DNA from: Leptogorgia sarmentosa
Lineage: Eukaryota
Assembly (NCBI GenBank): GCA_964658305.1
Contig: OZ210885.1
Span: 17,670,001 to 17,734,000 of the forward strand
Reading direction: 5' to 3'
Length of the DNA stretch: 64,000 bases
The translations under genes were made by a program, and so were the position numbers. Of the stretch, positions 61,392-64,000 are shown piece after piece; positions within the stretch are counted from its first letter, which is position 1, and each line of letters begins with the position of its first letter. The notes beneath the pieces are model-generated. The model ran no database searches and was not told the DNA's origin. It was given only the letters and a program-made list of their open reading frames with translations.

Positions 61392-64000
61392 TATGACAAT
61401 ATTTAAATAGGAAACTCTCTCACGTAAAGTGATTTTCAGAGAGGTCCTATATTTAAAAATATACATATATAAATATGAGTCATAAAAACCAAAACTATCT
61501 CATTACAATAAGGTTAACTAAAAGCTAAAAGCTATCTATAACAATAAACATAGTAACTAAATAGAATTCAAAGAATATATATACGTCAGCGTTCTATGAG
61601 TGTTATAATTCGGCACTAGTGAGTTTTAAAATAGTTCATTTTGAACTTAGCAATTGAGTCTGAATGTCTAGTCTCTTCGTCAAGAGTGTTCCAATCTTTT
61701 ACTGCATGGTACTCGAGCCTTTGCTTGCCCCAATTTCGTTTAACTTTAGGCAAGCATAAATTGTTCTTATTTCTAGTGTTATAGGAATGACGTTCACTTA
61801 GCGATTTCAAGATTAGCTTAGACGTAGATAACCCATTCAAACATTTAAAAATGAATAAACATCTATGATAAAATCGTCGTTGGTGAAGCCTGTTCCATCT
61901 CAACTCATCCAACGCAGCACTAGACGAAGAAAGTGGGTGGTAGTCAAGGATGATTTTTGCTGCTTTGTTTTGGAGAATTTGTAAATTGCCCATCAATACA
62001 TCATTGTTCTTATCACCCCATACCAGGTCGCCGTAGTCAAACAGAGGTAAAATAAGACTCTTGTAATAAAGTAGTCTTGCATATCGCGGTAGCAAATGCT
62101 TAATTCTCTTCAGGAGCCCCAGACGTTTGCTGATCTTTGAACAGAGTTGATTTACATGTTCAGTCCAGGTCATATTAGTTGAAAAAGTTATTCCAAGATA
62201 AGAGAATTCTTCGACTCTTTCTATATTACTGCCAGCTACCTTGACTGTGACAGAATCAATGCTAGAAAGTTTATGACTACTCCCAATGATCATGAATTTG
62301 GTCTTTTTTGTATTCAAAGTTAGTTTATTCTCATTTAGCCAAACACAAACATTACGCAGGTCGGCATTTAGTTTCTCCTCCAGATCCTGCGAGGTGTTAG
62401 AAAAGTAATACAGGACAGTATCGTCTGCGTAAAGAGATAATTGTGCATGTTTAATGAAACTTGGTATCTCGTTGATATAAATCAAAAAGAGTAAAGGGCC
62501 GAGAATACTGCCCTGTGGAACACCAAAGTTACAGCGTAATGGTTCAGACAGCTCCGGGCCGCAAGTAGTTCGAAGTGATAGAAAATTTAGATAGGAAGCA
62601 AACCATGCTATATCTTCAGTAGAAACACCAATGGCAGATAATTTCTTCAGCATAACAGCGTGATCGACCGTGTCGAAGGCCTTGGATAGGTCCAAAAACA
62701 CGGCACCGCACATTTCTCCCTTTTCCATACTGGCCAAAATCTCGTCAGCAAAACTCGAGAGTGCTGTTGTTGTGGAACACTTTCGGCGAAAACCAAACTG
62801 ATTATCATTGAGAATGTTATGTTCTGTTAAATAATCATAAAGTTGAGTATAAACAGCTTTTTCCATTAACTTGCTCAATGCAGGGAGAACTGATATTGGA
62901 CGATAATTAGTTGCGTTCGCTCTGTCCCCAGATTTGTACAAAGGAATTACCTTCGAACATTTCCAAATTGAAGGGAATATATGATTTTGAATGGATCGAG
63001 TTAAGAGCTTTGTAACCGAAGGAGCAATTATTTCTGATGCATCTTTAAGTAGCTTTATATTTATCTTGTCCAAACCGGTTGCTTTCGAAGCTTTGAGAGA
63101 TTTTAGATGTTTAATAACGAAAGATTCATCAATGGGAAGGATATTAAAATGTTGACCACTGGATAGATAGTAACTTGATGCATAACTTGGTGTTATAGCG
63201 GGTAGCTTCTCGGCCAGATATTGACCTATAGTAGCGAAATGTTTATTCAAAATAGAAGCAATCGATTTGTTGTTTGTATATTCAACTCCATCCGAGATAA
63301 TGCAAGTTGGGTTGGACGATTGACATTTCCTAGAAGATGCTTCGTTGACAGCATTCCATAGTTTCTTGGAGTCACCTTTACTTTCCTCAATCAAATTGAT
63401 GTAATATTTTGACTTGCTAGCTTTAATTTCTTTATTCACAAGGTTCCGAGAGTTTTTATATAATTGCCAGTGATCAGGAGAACCTGATTTTCTTGCCTTT
63501 CGATAATAAAAGTCACGTTCACGCATTAAATTGCTGATTTCGGAAGTCATCCAGGGTGAATTTATTCCATTTATGCGTTGTTTCTTAATTGGCGCATGGT
63601 TGTTTGCTACATCGAGAAACAAAGCATTCCAAGTGGAGACTGCATCATTAATGTCATCTTCGTCAGCGACTAAGTGCCATGGAATGTTTTTCAAATCTTG
63701 TACAAAGGAGACACGATAGTAGGATTTGTATGAACGATATTCTATTGTTCTAGGGGTCCCTTTTGGTGCGCCCACTTTCAGACTACAATAGATCAATGAA
63801 TGGTCACTAATCGTTAAGGGTATGACTCCATCTGCAACAAAACGGTGATCATTGTTTACAAAGATTAAGTCAATCATTGTTTGTGACGAATCAGTGACTC
63901 TAGTAGCTTCTTTAATTAATTGGTTTAGGCCCATCGATCTTGCAAAATCCGTCAAAATTTTTTTCGCGGGATTTGATTTCCCTTTAACCGGAGTAAAATC
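61392..64000 (-). mobile_element. CR1/L2-group (Crack-like) LINE, 5' part outside the window
   Basis: Long ORF2 plus a 3' UTR with a stem-loop-like GGACCTCTCTG...GAGAGTTTCC end, inserted in the older LINE. Confidence 0.88.
61616..64000 (-). CDS. LINE ORF2 (APE C-terminal part + RT), uninterrupted within the annotated ORF
   Basis: TRVT...IDLIF, ISDH, NYRPISVLP, FLDLSKAFDTV, GVPQGSILGP, YADD, YLG. Confidence 0.92.
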   Translation of the reverse strand, partial: DFTPVKGKSNPAKKILTDFARSMGLNQLIKEATRVTDSSQTMIDLIFVNNDHRFVADGVIPLTISDHSLIYCSLKVGAPKGTPRTIEYRSYKSYYRVSFVQDLKNIPWHLVADEDDINDAVSTWNALFLDVANNHAPIKKQRINGINSPWMTSEISNLMRERDFYYRKARKSGSPDHWQLYKNSRNLVNKEIKASKSKYYINLIEESKGDSKKLWNAVNEASSRKCQSSNPTCIISDGVEYTNNKSIASILNKHFATIGQYLAEKLPAITPSYASSYYLSSGQHFNILPIDESFVIKHLKSLKASKATGLDKINIKLLKDASEIIAPSVTKLLTRSIQNHIFPSIWKCSKVIPLYKSGDRANATNYRPISVLPALSKLMEKAVYTQLYDYLTEHNILNDNQFGFRRKCSTTTALSSFADEILASMEKGEMCGAVFLDLSKAFDTVDHAVMLKKLSAIGVSTEDIAWFASYLNFLSLRTTCGPELSEPLRCNFGVPQGSILGPLLFLIYINEIPSFIKHAQLSLYADDTVLYYFSNTSQDLEEKLNADLRNVCVWLNENKLTLNTKKTKFMIIGSSHKLSSIDSVTVKVAGSNIERVEEFSYLGITFSTNMTWTEHVNQLCSKISKRLGLLKRIKHLLPRYARLLYYKSLILPLFDYGDLVWGDKNNDVLMGNLQILQNKAAKIILDYHPLSSSSAALDELRWNRLHQRRFYHRCLFIFKCLNGLSTSKLILKSLSERHSYNTRNKNNLCLPKVKRNWGKQRLEYHAVKDWNTLDEETRHSDSIAKFKMNYFKTH

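Overview
This is AT-rich eukaryotic DNA with spliceosomal introns. It is probably from a marine invertebrate such as a cnidarian, an inference from the element families present. The window is almost entirely a nested pile of transposable elements, and I see no convincing ordinary host gene. From left to right: a Gypsy integrase remnant split by a DIRS element, which is itself split by two LINEs (1-12.7 kb); an IS3EU-like DDE element split by a 4.4-kb element with ~292-bp TIRs and a 9-bp TSD that encodes an Academ-like transposase plus a RING-H2-like finger (15.9-21.8 kb); Penelope fragments; a second IS3EU-like element carrying an alpha-kinase gene (23.0-25.5 kb); a truncated BEL/Pao element; a CIDE-N-like exon; a Helitron split by a complete hAT element (8-bp TSD) that contains an IS3EU-type MITE and an ALOG-domain tyrosine-recombinase element; a young intact Gypsy element (158-bp LTRs, 5-bp TSD); an ~11-kb foldback structure built from a ~375-bp satellite and interrupted by an OTU-like-hAT fusion element; a MULE-SWIM-Ulp1-PHD element; and two more LINEs. 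The most notable candidates are DNA transposons carrying protein-modification cargo (alpha-kinase, RING, OTU-like, Ulp1). Family names come from motif recognition by eye, not from database searches.
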